Part shown: positions 12,670 to 24,200 of the stretch, piece by piece
Position numbering within the stretch: the first letter of the stretch is position 1
Layout: each line of letters opens with the position of its first letter
DNA from: Antedon mediterranea
Taxonomy: Eukaryota; Animalia; Echinodermata
Length of the DNA stretch: 64,000 nucleotides
Direction of reading: 5' to 3'
NCBI RefSeq assembly: GCF_964355755.1
Contig: NC_092674.1
Location: forward strand, 1,488,001 to 1,552,000
Notes under the pieces: generated by a model
Seen by the model: only the letters and a program-made list of their open reading frames with translations
The model's database searches: none
What the model was told of the DNA's origin: nothing
Program-made: the position numbers and the translations under genes

Positions 12670-15440
12670 CTTATTCGCCTCTGCGCATGTTTATTATACT
12701 ATAGTAACCATTTACGTCAAAAAATAAAAAGGGTCGAAAATCGGCCATTTTTCGAAAATTTCCTTCAAAAAATGGCAAATTTTCGACCTTTTTATTTTTC
12801 GATAAAACTCGTTACTATAGCACAATTGACATGCGCAGAACTCATTATTCGACTCTGCGCATGTTTATTATACTATAGTAACCATTTATGTCAAAAAATA
12901 AAAGGGTCGAAAATCGGCCATTTTTCGACAATTTCTCTGTACAGGGATTTTTTCACAAAAATGGCAAATTTTCGACCTTTTTAATTTTCGATAAAACTGG
13001 TTACTATAGCACAATTGACATGCGCAAAACCCATTTTTCGACTCCGCGCATGTTTATTATACGATAGTAACCATTTATGTCAAAAAATAAAAGGATCGAA
13101 AATCGGTCATTTTTCGAAAATTTCCCGGTACTATAGTACAGGGATTTTTTTAAAAAAATGGCTAATTTTCGACCTTTTTATTTTTCGATAAAACTCGTTA
13201 CTATAGCACAATTGACATGCGTAGAACCCATTATTCGCCTCTGCACATGTTTATTATACTATAGTAACCATTTATGTCAAAAGTGGTTACTATAGCACAA
13301 TTGACATGCGCAGAACCCATTATTCGGCTCTGCGCATGTTTATTATACTATAGTAACCATTTATGTCAAAAATTAAAAAGGGTCGAAAATCGGCCATTTT
13401 TCGAAAATTTCCATGTACTATAGCACAGGGACTTTTCAAAAAATGGCAAATTTTCGACCTTTTTATTTTTCGATAAAACTCGTTACTATAGCACAATTGA
13501 CATGCGCAAAACCCATTATTCGCCTCTGCGCATGTTTATTATACTATAGTAACCATTTATGTTAAAAGTGGTAACTATAGCACAATTGACTCAGAACTCA
13601 TTATTCGACTCCGCGCATGTTTATTATACGATAGTAACCATTTATGTCAAAAAATAAAAGGATCGAAAATCGGCCATTTTTCGAAAATTGCCCGGTACTA
13701 TAGTACAGGGATTTTTTTTTAAAAAATGGCTAATTTTCGACCTTTTTATTTTTCGATAAAACTGGTTACTATAGCACAATTGACATGCGTAGAACCCATT
13801 ATTCGCCTCTGCACATGTTTATTATACTATAGTAACCATTTATGTCAAAAGTGGTTACTATAGCACAATTGACATGCGCAGAACCCATTATTCGGCTCTG
13901 TGCATGTTTATTATACTATAGTAACCATTTATGTCAAAAGTGGTTACTATAGCACAATTGACATGCGCAGAGCCTATTATTCGACTCTGCGCATGTTTAT
14001 TATACTATAGTAACCTGTACTATAGTACAGGGATCTTTTAAAAAAAATAGCATATTTTCGACCTTTTTAATTTTTGATAAAACTGGTTACTATAGCACAA
14101 TTGACATGTGCAAAACCCATTATTCGCCTCTGCGCATGTTTATTATACTATAGTAACCATTTATGTCAAAAAATAAAAGGGTCGAAAATCGGCCATTTTT
14201 CGAAAATTTCCCTGTAGAGGGATTTTTTCAAAAAAATGGCCAATTTTTGACCTTTTTAATTGTCGATAAAACTGGTTACTATGGCACAATTGACATGCGC
14301 AGAACCCATTATTTGTCTCTGCGCATGTTTATTATACTATACTAACCATTTATGTCAAAAGTGGTTACTATAGCACAATTGACATGCGCAGAACCATTAT
14401 TCGCCTCTGCGCATGTTTATTATACTATAGTAACCATTTATGTCAAAAAATAAAAGGATCGAAAATCGGCAATTTTTCGAAAATTTCCCTGTACTATAGT
14501 ACAGGGATTTTTTCAAAAAAATGGCTAATTTTCGACCTTTTTATTTTTCGATAAAACTGGTTACTATAGCACAATTGACATGCGTAGAACCCATTATTCG
14601 CCTCTGCACATGTTTATTATACTATAGTAACCATTTATGTCAAAAGTGGTTACTATAGCACAATTGACATGCGCAGAACCCATTATTCGACTCTGTGCAT
14701 GTTTATTATACTATAGTAACCATTTATGTCAAAAAATAAAAGGGTCGAAAATCGGCCATTTTTCGAAAATTTCCCTGTAGAGAGATTTTTTCAAAAAAAT
14801 GGCCAATTTTTGACCTTTTTAATTGTTGATAAAACTGGTTACTATGGCACAATTGACATGCGCAGAACCCATTATTTGTCTCTGCGCATGTTTATTATAC
14901 TATACTAACCATTTATGTCAAAAGTGGTTACTATAGCACAATTGACATGCGCAGAACCATTATTCGCCTCTGCGCATGTTTATTATACTATAGTAACCAT
15001 TAATTTATGTCAAAAAATAAAAGGGTCGAAAATCGGCCATTTTTCGAAAATTTCCATGTACTACAAAAAATGGCAAATTTTCGACCTTTTTAATTTTCGA
15101 TAAAACTGGTTACAATACCACAATTGACATTCGCAGAACTCATTATTCGCCTCTGCGCATGTTTATTATACTATAGTAACCATTTATGTCAAAAGTGGTT
15201 ACTATAGCACAATTGACATGCGCAGAACCCATTATTCGACTCTGTGCATGTTTTTTATGCTATAGTAACCATTTATGTCAAAAAATAAAAGGGTCGAAAA
15301 TCGGCCATTTTTCGAAAATTTTCATGTACACAGGGATTTTTCCAAAAATGGCTATATATGCGCATATATTGCTTTGAATCATCTTATAGAGCCATACTAA
15401 CCAGTTTTGTCGAAAAATAAAAGGGTCGAAATTTTGCAAA
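12670..15440. repeat. Complex satellite of two alternating palindromic modules (~86 bp and ~100 bp)
   Basis: Module A: tggttactatagcacaattgacatgcgcagaa...tctgcgcatgtttattatactatagtaacca. Module B: aaagggtcgaaaatcggccatttt...ccctgtactatagtacaggg...aaaatggctaattttcgaccttt. Related sequence occurs at 11050-11400. Confidence 0.9.
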
Positions 15441-16281
15441 TCCGTCTTCACTGTAGAGTGAGAATAAAGATTAATTATAAGCGTACGTATCATTTCGTCG
15501 TGAATGTGTTTGATTGGAAGAGAATGAATATACAAATATATTACTGCAGAAAAATCTCTTCATTTATATAAATTCACACTTCACTTTTAAAGAAACAGAA
15601 TACAAATGTCATTTTATCTCACAATAACTATATTTTAGATAATTTGTTATGTTCGTATAAAGATTAGTTACATATGTCACTGCTTGAAAAGATCAATTTT
15701 CCATGTTTTACATAAATAATTCAGCAGTACAACAATGATTTCATTTTTTTGTAAAAACATTGACAAATTTGACAATGTTTTAGTCGCTTGAAAAGTATAT
15801 GTACATACATTACAAAATTATGTTGATACGTGGTTGAAAGGGGCTTGAGCTAGGCTGAATATAAAAACTCAAATTTCATAATTGTTTTTACAGATGTCGT
15901 TTTATCAAAATATACTTAATGGGAAAATAATTAAAGGCGGCCTGTTTGTTCTGAGTATACACTTGTTACAAATTGTGTTGTTTTGGCAGATTTTACCAGA
16001 CTCATAATTTTTAATTCAAAAACGTGATTTTAAAACATGCCTGCCAAGAATTGCATTGTGGTTTAGAAAATAGAATGAAAGTAGAACATTGAATGTAAAA
16101 CACTGCAACTGGTATATTTAGAATACAACAAGGCGTAGTCCCTCACCATCAATTTGAACACCAACAACCCCCTCCCCCCCCCCCTGGCCAACTTTCTTAT
16201 TCATTATTAAATTCCCATCCACTGAACAACCCATTGATCCCATTGATCAAACATAGTTTTGTGCCAATGTAGTAAAAATTA

Positions 16282-16485
16282 AGCTCTGTCTACACCATCA
16301 TCTGACAAAAACATGTGATTTGCCCATATATGGACATGATGATGTCATATCACTACCATATTTGGGCATATCACTACCATATTTGGGCACATCACTACCA
16401 TATTTGGGCATATCACTACCATATTTGGGCACATCACTACCATATTTGGGCATATCGCTATCATATAGTTTGATAGTGTAGAGCT
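16282..16485. mobile_element. Harbinger-like MITE family A copy with expanded internal 21-bp repeat
   Basis: TTA|agctctgtctacac...gtgtagagct|TTA; ~5 copies of atatcactaccatatttgggc. Confidence 0.75.
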
Positions 16486-16982
16486 TTACATTCATTTTAG
16501 TCCATCATTTGGCCTCTCACATTTCTTTAAACATTCTTAATAGTAACACCCGTAATTTAAACATAACATTACAAAAAAAAAACTAATCGCACACACACAT
16601 TACTAAATAATATTAAGCATATAATAGGGATGAGGGCAGCAAACATAGAATATCACATTTTAAAAATGATATCAAAATAAAAACTAATTGTATTTACATA
16701 TTATCAAAATAACTATCTCTGTAAATGAAATTATTCATTTATTTTTGTTGTTTTGTTTCGTTTGTTGATGATCGATAATTTATAAAATATTAAAAAATAT
16801 TGAAATTTAAAACTCTGTTATAATATAAAGAAAAATAAAGAGTAAAAGAAAAAATTTAATATATGTGACTGATGTGACTTAGTACTCAAAACCATCAATG
16901 TCAAAGGTCAGAGGTTAGCTAAAAACTGGTTGTACATTCACTGAATAATTAAAAGATAATATTCAATGAAGAAACTGATTTA

Positions 16983-17161
16983 AGGGCCTTTCACAACTGC
17001 TCCGGCACGGTTCCGATCCGGCGACGGCAAATCCAATCGAATGTCTATGTTTCGTTTTTACACGGCTACACGCATATCGATTGGTGCTTGGCCGCGTGGA
17101 GCGTCGTGAAAACAAAACATTGGTGTTCGATTCGCCGGACCGGAACAGGTGTGAAAGGCTT
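16983..17161. mobile_element. Short MITE (Harbinger-like)
   Basis: Imperfect TIRs agggcctttcacaactgctccgg / ccggaacaggtgtgaaaggctt. Confidence 0.5.
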
Positions 17162-17800
17162 TGATTGTCTATAAACAAAACCAGAAATGTTTGACACAAC
17201 ATAAGCAGTATATATTAATAATCCACACTAATGCACTCACTAAATGAAACCTGCATCATACACGACCTTGATGCTATATAAATAAAAAAACAAATACAAT
17301 AATATTTAACTGCATTTGGTGAATTAAGAGTTTATGTAGAAATATAGATTGTCCCCACAAAGGTGATGAATTCACCCTACCATGGAGATACAGCATGCCT
17401 GCCATTGAGCATACAGCATGCCTGCCATGGGCTATGTCATTCTAAACCTCAAGCATTGTATATGCTATGTGTTATAAGATCACCAAATCATATAAAATGC
17501 CTTCCATGGGCTATGTCATGTTACACCTCAAGCGTTTTATCACCAAGTCATGTGTAATGCGTTCCATAGGCTGTGTCTTGGTACACCTCACCTTGTAAAT
17601 GCTATGTTTTACTATGATTACCAAATCATACACCATGCCTTCCATAGGCTGCGTCATGTTATATATAACTCATGCCTTCCATAGGCCATGTCATATTATG
17701 ATCACTGTAATGTTTCTTTCATAGGCTATGCTACATTTAAATCAACTTCTTGTATGGTTATGTCTCATTATGATCATCTGTAATGTAATGTTCCAGCATC

Positions 17801-18183
17801 ATGTGCACACAACTCATGTACAGCGCACACAACTCATGTACAGCGCACACAACTCATGTACAGCGCACACAACTCATGTACAGCGCACACAACTCATGTG
17901 CAGCGCACACAACTCATGTGCAGCGCACACAACTCATGTGCAGCGCACACAACTCATGTGCAGCGCACACAACTCATGTGCAGCGCACACAACTCATGTG
18001 CAGCGCACACAACTCATGTACAGCGCACACAACTCATGTACAGCACACACAACTCATGTACAGCGCACACAACTCATGTACAGCGCACACAACTCATGTA
18101 CAGCGCACACAACTCATGTACAGCGCACACAACTCATGTGCAGCGCACACAACTCATGTACAGCGCACACAACTCATGTGCAC
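17801..18183. repeat. 20-bp minisatellite, ~19 copies, in the TFDP 3' UTR region
   Basis: Unit cagcgcacacaactcatgt(a/g); begins ~100 bp past the TFDP stop codon. Confidence 0.95.
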
Positions 18184-18279
18184 ATTTGTCAGTATATAAT
18201 TCATCACAGCATACTGTAGGTATGTCAAAGTGGGTTTTGATAAATATTCCTTGATTTTTCATAATTAAATAACACTTAA

Positions 18280-21200
18280 TCACTGATCCACGCTCAGTTC
18301 ATCATCAGATCCGTCGATGTCGCTTTCAAGCAGAGACGAAGGAGTGTCCGTGGCACCGCGCGACGGACCCATGCTAGAATGTGACCCGATACTTGGCGTA
18401 CGGGATATAGTCTGTCTATTTGCCATGGCAACTTCGTAATCTAGCGAGTAAGATCCTTGTGAGGATGATTGGCTGGACGACCCAGCGCTAGTTGATGTGC
18501 GTGTTTGGATACCGCTTGGTCCTGCTATTATCGATGTACTATTGTTTCGGCCTTTATTTTGTTGTGCCATTTCTGAGAAAGTAAAACATTTTTAATAATA
18601 ATCTTGGATCTAGTATATGCCTAATTAAATAAACATTATTGCAATTCATTAACAGGGAGTTTTTCGATTTCAAACGACCTAGGAACAATTTGGGCCATGG
18701 TAATTAATTGTGTGCATGTGGAGAAGTTAGGACGTACTTCCTCTCCCTATTCCACTACGATTTCGGTGATTTCTTTGCCTAGGTGACGACTGACGACACA
18801 TCAATACATAGGTTCTAGGAAATCTAAAGCTCTCTAATATCTAGGTCCTCATCCACGTTAATTACTATCTTGTATTGAATTTTCCCGCAAACGACAATGT
18901 CAATTAGCTGAAACTAAGCCAGGACTGTTTAAAGCACCTTGGTTGGTCTTACCACTGACCAAGGGCTTCTATCGTCCAATGCACACCTTAACCATAGGAA
19001 AGGCATAAGCCAATGTGTCTGAGGCAGATACTAGTTACACTCACCAATAACATAAGGTTCTAATGCTTTTGGTACCATGTTCCTTGCTTCTTGTAAATGT
19101 TCCTCTTTACATTCACCTTTATCTAGGCCAAATGCCATGCCCATTCTCTTTAGTACTTCTATGTCATCGTGAATCTCAAATGCATTATCAAAACTAAACA
19201 GATACTCAAATCTAAAGAAAAAAACAACAAATGATTTCCATTGATTTACTCATTGTATTAGCTTTTATAACATAGACTGAAATCGTGCTAAGAAACTGAA
19301 GTATTTATGGTGTACATATTATACCAAGGCAATCCAAGTGAGTGAGTGGCCGAGCGGTTAAGACAGTGGAACCGTAATCACGTAGCCATAACATCGGCAG
19401 GGGTTCGGGGCTCACTCACTCCATGGTTCTGGTGGTAGAACGAGTCTTCTCGGATAAGGACTATAAACCGTAGGTCCAGTGTACACAACTTGCTCGTGTG
19501 CACTTTAAAGAACCTAGTACATCTTTCGAGACGAGTAGGGGGTTACCCCGGTGTACTAGTACATCACAGCCACTGATCACCAACTGGGCCCTCTGGGAGA
19601 TCAGTCTTTGACTGAAGAGGTCACCCAGTATAAAGATAAACAAAAAAAAACCAACAACAGGATGCTGAGCTCTAGAGATCAAATGGTTTATCTGTGGCTG
19701 TGACAGGATGCTGAGCTCTAGAGATCAAATGGTTTATCTGTGGCTGTGACAGGATGCTGAGCTCTAGAGATCAAATGGTTTATCTGTGGCTGTGACAGGA
19801 TGCTGAGCTCTAGAGATCAAATGGTTTATCTGTGGCTGTGACAGGATGCTGAGCTCTAGAGATCAAATGGTTTATCTGTGGCTGTGACAGGATGCTGAGC
19901 TCTAGAGATCAAATGGTTTATCTGTGGCTGTGACAGGATGCTGAGCTCTAGAGATCAAATGGTTTATCTGTGGCTGTGACAGGATGCTGAGCTCTAGAGA
20001 TCAAATGGTTTATCTGTGGCTGTGACAGGATGCTGAGCTCTAGAGATCAAATGGTTTATCTGTGGCTGTGACAGGATGCTGAGCTCTAGAGATCAAATGG
20101 TTTATCTGTGGCTGTGACAGGATGCTGAGCTCTAGAGATCAAATGGTTTATCTGTGGCTGTGACAGGATGCTGAGCTCTAGAGATCAAATGGTTTATCTG
20201 TGGCTGTGACAGGATGCTGAGCTCTAGAGATCAAATGGTTTATCTGTGGCTGTGACAGGATGCTGAGCTCTAGAGATCAAATGGTTTATCTGTGGCTGTG
20301 ACAGGATGCTGAGCTCTAGAGATCAAATGGTTTATCTGTGGCTGTGACAGGATGCTGAGCTCTAGAGATCAAATGGTTTATCTGTGGCTGTGACAGGATG
20401 CTGAGCTCTAGAGATCAAATGGTTTATCTGTGGCTGTGACAGGATGCTGAGCTCTAGAGATCAAATGGTTTATCTGTGGCTGTGACAGGATGCTGAGCTC
20501 TAGAGATCAAATGGTTTATCTGTGGCTGTGACAGGATGCTGAGCTCTAGAGATCAAATGGTTTATCTGTGGCTGTGACAGGATGCTGAGCTCTAGAGATC
20601 AAATGGTTTATCTGTGGCTGTGACAGGATGCTGAGCTCTAGAGATCAAATGGTTTATCTGTGGCTGTGACATGATCAGTTCCACATCCCCTAAACTGAAT
20701 TTCAATTGGCCAATTGGTTTGCTCAAATGATTGGTTACGAACACCATGGCCAAAATATACGTACACCATACAGTACTGCTGGTATTTGTCGCAGCCAGAC
20801 ATAAGATCAAAAGACTGTTACGAGTTCCTATCTTGGCAAGGTGAGCTCAGCGTCCTGTTGTAGCTTTTATTATACTTACTTATCATTTGATATACTGCAA
20901 TCAATAACAGTCTTTTTGCTGGTGTTGACAATGATGTAAGGTAAGTGGATTGCTGAGCTGCTACTAGGAGCACTCACTGACCCAGACTGCTCCATTGATT
21001 TGTTCCTTTGAACAAGGTTCTTAAATGCTATTTGCTGATGAAAAAATAATAATAGAATAATTTTATTTAAAAGAGAAATTAATGATAAAAAAATCAACAA
21101 ACACTATAAAGCTCTGTCTACACTATCAAATTAGACAAAAACAGTGTGATGTAGCCAGATATAGTAGTGATATGACATCATGTCCATATATGGGCACATC

Positions 21201-24200
21201 ACATTTTGGCACATAAAATTTGATAGTGTCGACAGAGATTTAGTATGAAAGTTTATCAGTGATGTGTAGACAGCATAAATTGTAAAATCACCTGTAGTAT
21301 TAGTTCCTGTAGCTGTGTAGTCTTTTGCCGTATTCGTTCTTCCCTTTGTTTTTTCTCCTGTTCTAAATTCTGACATTCTTGCGCCGAGTTTGTTGGTAAG
21401 CCAATCCATCGGATTTCTTTCTTTTCTTTGGAAATGATATTCATGGCCATTAAGACGTTGAGGGCGTCGTAAACTCTCCTTCGGATGTTTTTCTGATCAT
21501 ACTGTGCCTATTCAAAAAAATTTTAAAATTTCATTTATTTGTCTTTACAATCTTAGATAATTAGTAAGTGTCATTACTTAACTAGTATTTAATTAAAATT
21601 AAGAGTAAAAAATGGTAGTTAAGATTACAGTACTAACCTGTTCTGATGGTGATAACCTGTGGTGCGGTGGAATACCTGCAAACTCTTGCACTAACTCGTC
21701 AGCAACCTCATTATATGATGTTACGCCTTTCTTCTGAACCTTCTCACAAACCTTATTTGAAAAATGTCTAAGCCCCTTGCCTTCTTTCTCTCGTTTTCGC
21801 CTCTTTCCACTTCCCCTATAAAAAATGTAAACAGATTTGCATAGATGACATCAATACTGAATGTATGTGTACTACTATAGTACCACAGTAACAATTATTC
21901 TTAACATAATATAAAAAAAATGCCTTTACTTACGAGAATTCTTGATTATCGCTGTCCATATAAATTGTTCTTTTCCTACTGCAAAACCAAATTAAGAATA
22001 TTTGGATTAATATAAACAGTAGCCACAATGTTTCAATCTTTAAAATTAAAGATGTATTGTCCCTTGAAACACAAAAAAATGAAGGTCAAAATATTCTAAA
22101 TTTAAATCGGCCATATCAAAGTAATATTAAAGTTATTCACTTTAAGTCGAAAATTCGAGCCAAAAACAACAAGTTTACGTAATTAACAGGTAAATTAATT
22201 TGATTACATTTCGTCTAGAAAATCGTCGTGAGCGAAAGTAAACAAAGATTTCAAACCATGAGTATGCATTATGCATGATGCTAATTAGGATTGTTTACAA
22301 CTTGCACGGTTGAGAAGGTGTTTTCACACAGATCGCGAGGAAGTTTTATGAATATGCATACAGAGTAGCCAAACAAGCGCGTTGCAATATGAGATATGTT
22401 TTGATCAAAAACTTTGACTGGAAGTCAAAGTTATTTTTTGAACAAAAAAACGTCTGTATTTCAGTTAAATAATTTTTTTTTCGACTAATTTTTGGTGAAA
22501 GTTAATAACTATTATGATACTTCAAAATAACCCACTTTTTTTCAAAATCTTATATTTTTTATTTTTTTGGAATTAGTCAAAGGGACAATACATCTTTAAG
22601 TAAATAAAAAAAGAGCTAGAATAAAGCTCTGTCTACATTATCAAACAAGTTTGACAAAAAAAAGTGTGATGTGCCCAAATATGGTAGTGATATGCCCAAA
22701 TACGTTAGTGATATGACATCATCATGTCGATATATGGGCACATCGCATTTTTTTGTTACATAAAGTTTAATAGTGTAGACAGAGCTTAAGGCACTAATTA
22801 TTCTTACCCCCATGGTGACTCCAGGCCAACAGGGGCTAATATATGTGGACTGCCACCTAAAACCGTTGGTACTGTACGCTGTTGGGTTCCAAGAATCTGA
22901 AGAAAATATAAAAAATTGAATTTCATCAACTGTTAATACGAACATGAAAACATTCTCTTAAATAACTTGGTTCTTAAGATCTGTTTACACTATCAAACTG
23001 TATGCGACAAAAATAATATGATATGCCTATATATGGACATTATGATGTCATATCAATACCATATTTGGGTATCACTACCATATTTGTGCACATAACAATT
23101 TTGTTGTCAAACTAGTTTGATAGTGTAGACAGAGCTTTAATGTGTATGTATCCAATGATCTATGTATTTGGTACACCAGTAATCCTGATCAAGTGACGTT
23201 TCACTACTGTTGCTTACCACAGGTGATCCTGTAGTTGTAAGTGTCCTGTGTTGGCTCTTAGGCAAGATCTGTGCTTCAGTCTTCAAAGGAGACGTCTTGT
23301 ACATACCTCCAGGAATCACCGCTAAAGGTAATGCTAATGTTCCTAAGAAGAAGAAAAATGTATACAGATTACAGTGAATTTTTATTTATTTATTTCGGTA
23401 TATATAAAAAACATACAAAACAGCAGCACTGAAAAGTCTGAAAACGTTTGTTAACATATATATATATATATAAAAAAAACACATACAATATTGCAAGTTT
23501 AAGAAAGAGTTAGCATTTATAGGTAAGTTTAACCCTTTTCTGTTGAAGTTTAAGATTGATCTAATGAGGAGGCCACTAGCCTTTTGTAGGGGCTATGAGG
23601 GTATCTGGCCTCTACAGAAGGCTGGTTTCCAAACTTTAATATTTTTTCTTAATACATTTACAGATGATACAGTAGCAATTTAAAAAATAAATTAGGTTAA
23701 AATTTCGCAATAAACACAGTCAGATTTGAATAATAAACACAGTCCTTAAATAATAAACACTTGTTATTAATAAGATTTCTGACGACATTTAGATTGGTTT
23801 TAGCACACATTAGAATATCAGCTTACAATGAATTACCATAATACATCTAGTGGTGGTAGTATTATCTATATTGTATGTCAAGCAACATAATGAATATATT
23901 TACAGTATATTCAAGTCTATGTTGATTACATTTAATACAAGCTACAGCATGTGAACAAGAACAACAAAATGGTGGTTTTAACCGAATAAAGTCTAAATTT
24001 CTCTTGTGAATTTGAGGGAGGCTCTGGATTCGTTCTTTCGTTTTTTTTTCTTTGGGTGACTATTTATCATTCTCACAGATTTCCTTATCTTTATTGTTTC
24101 AAATTAATTAATTAAAATTCAGTTAATCACTGGGCGGTTTAGAATTTATTCTGTGCCTGTGATGTTTATAAATGAACCTACAGTAACACTTTAAATCTAT

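Noticed and set aside
17728-18254. 132-163 aa repetitive ORFs in three frames
   Set aside because: Translation of a stop-free 20-bp minisatellite antisense to the TFDP 3' UTR.
19338-19420. tRNA gene (also at 26060 and 62995)
   Set aside because: A and B boxes are present, but there is no canonical cloverleaf and each continues into a shared SINE body and tail.
19657-20670. CRISPR-like array
   Set aside because: Units are identical and contiguous with no spacers; eukaryotic intronic context.
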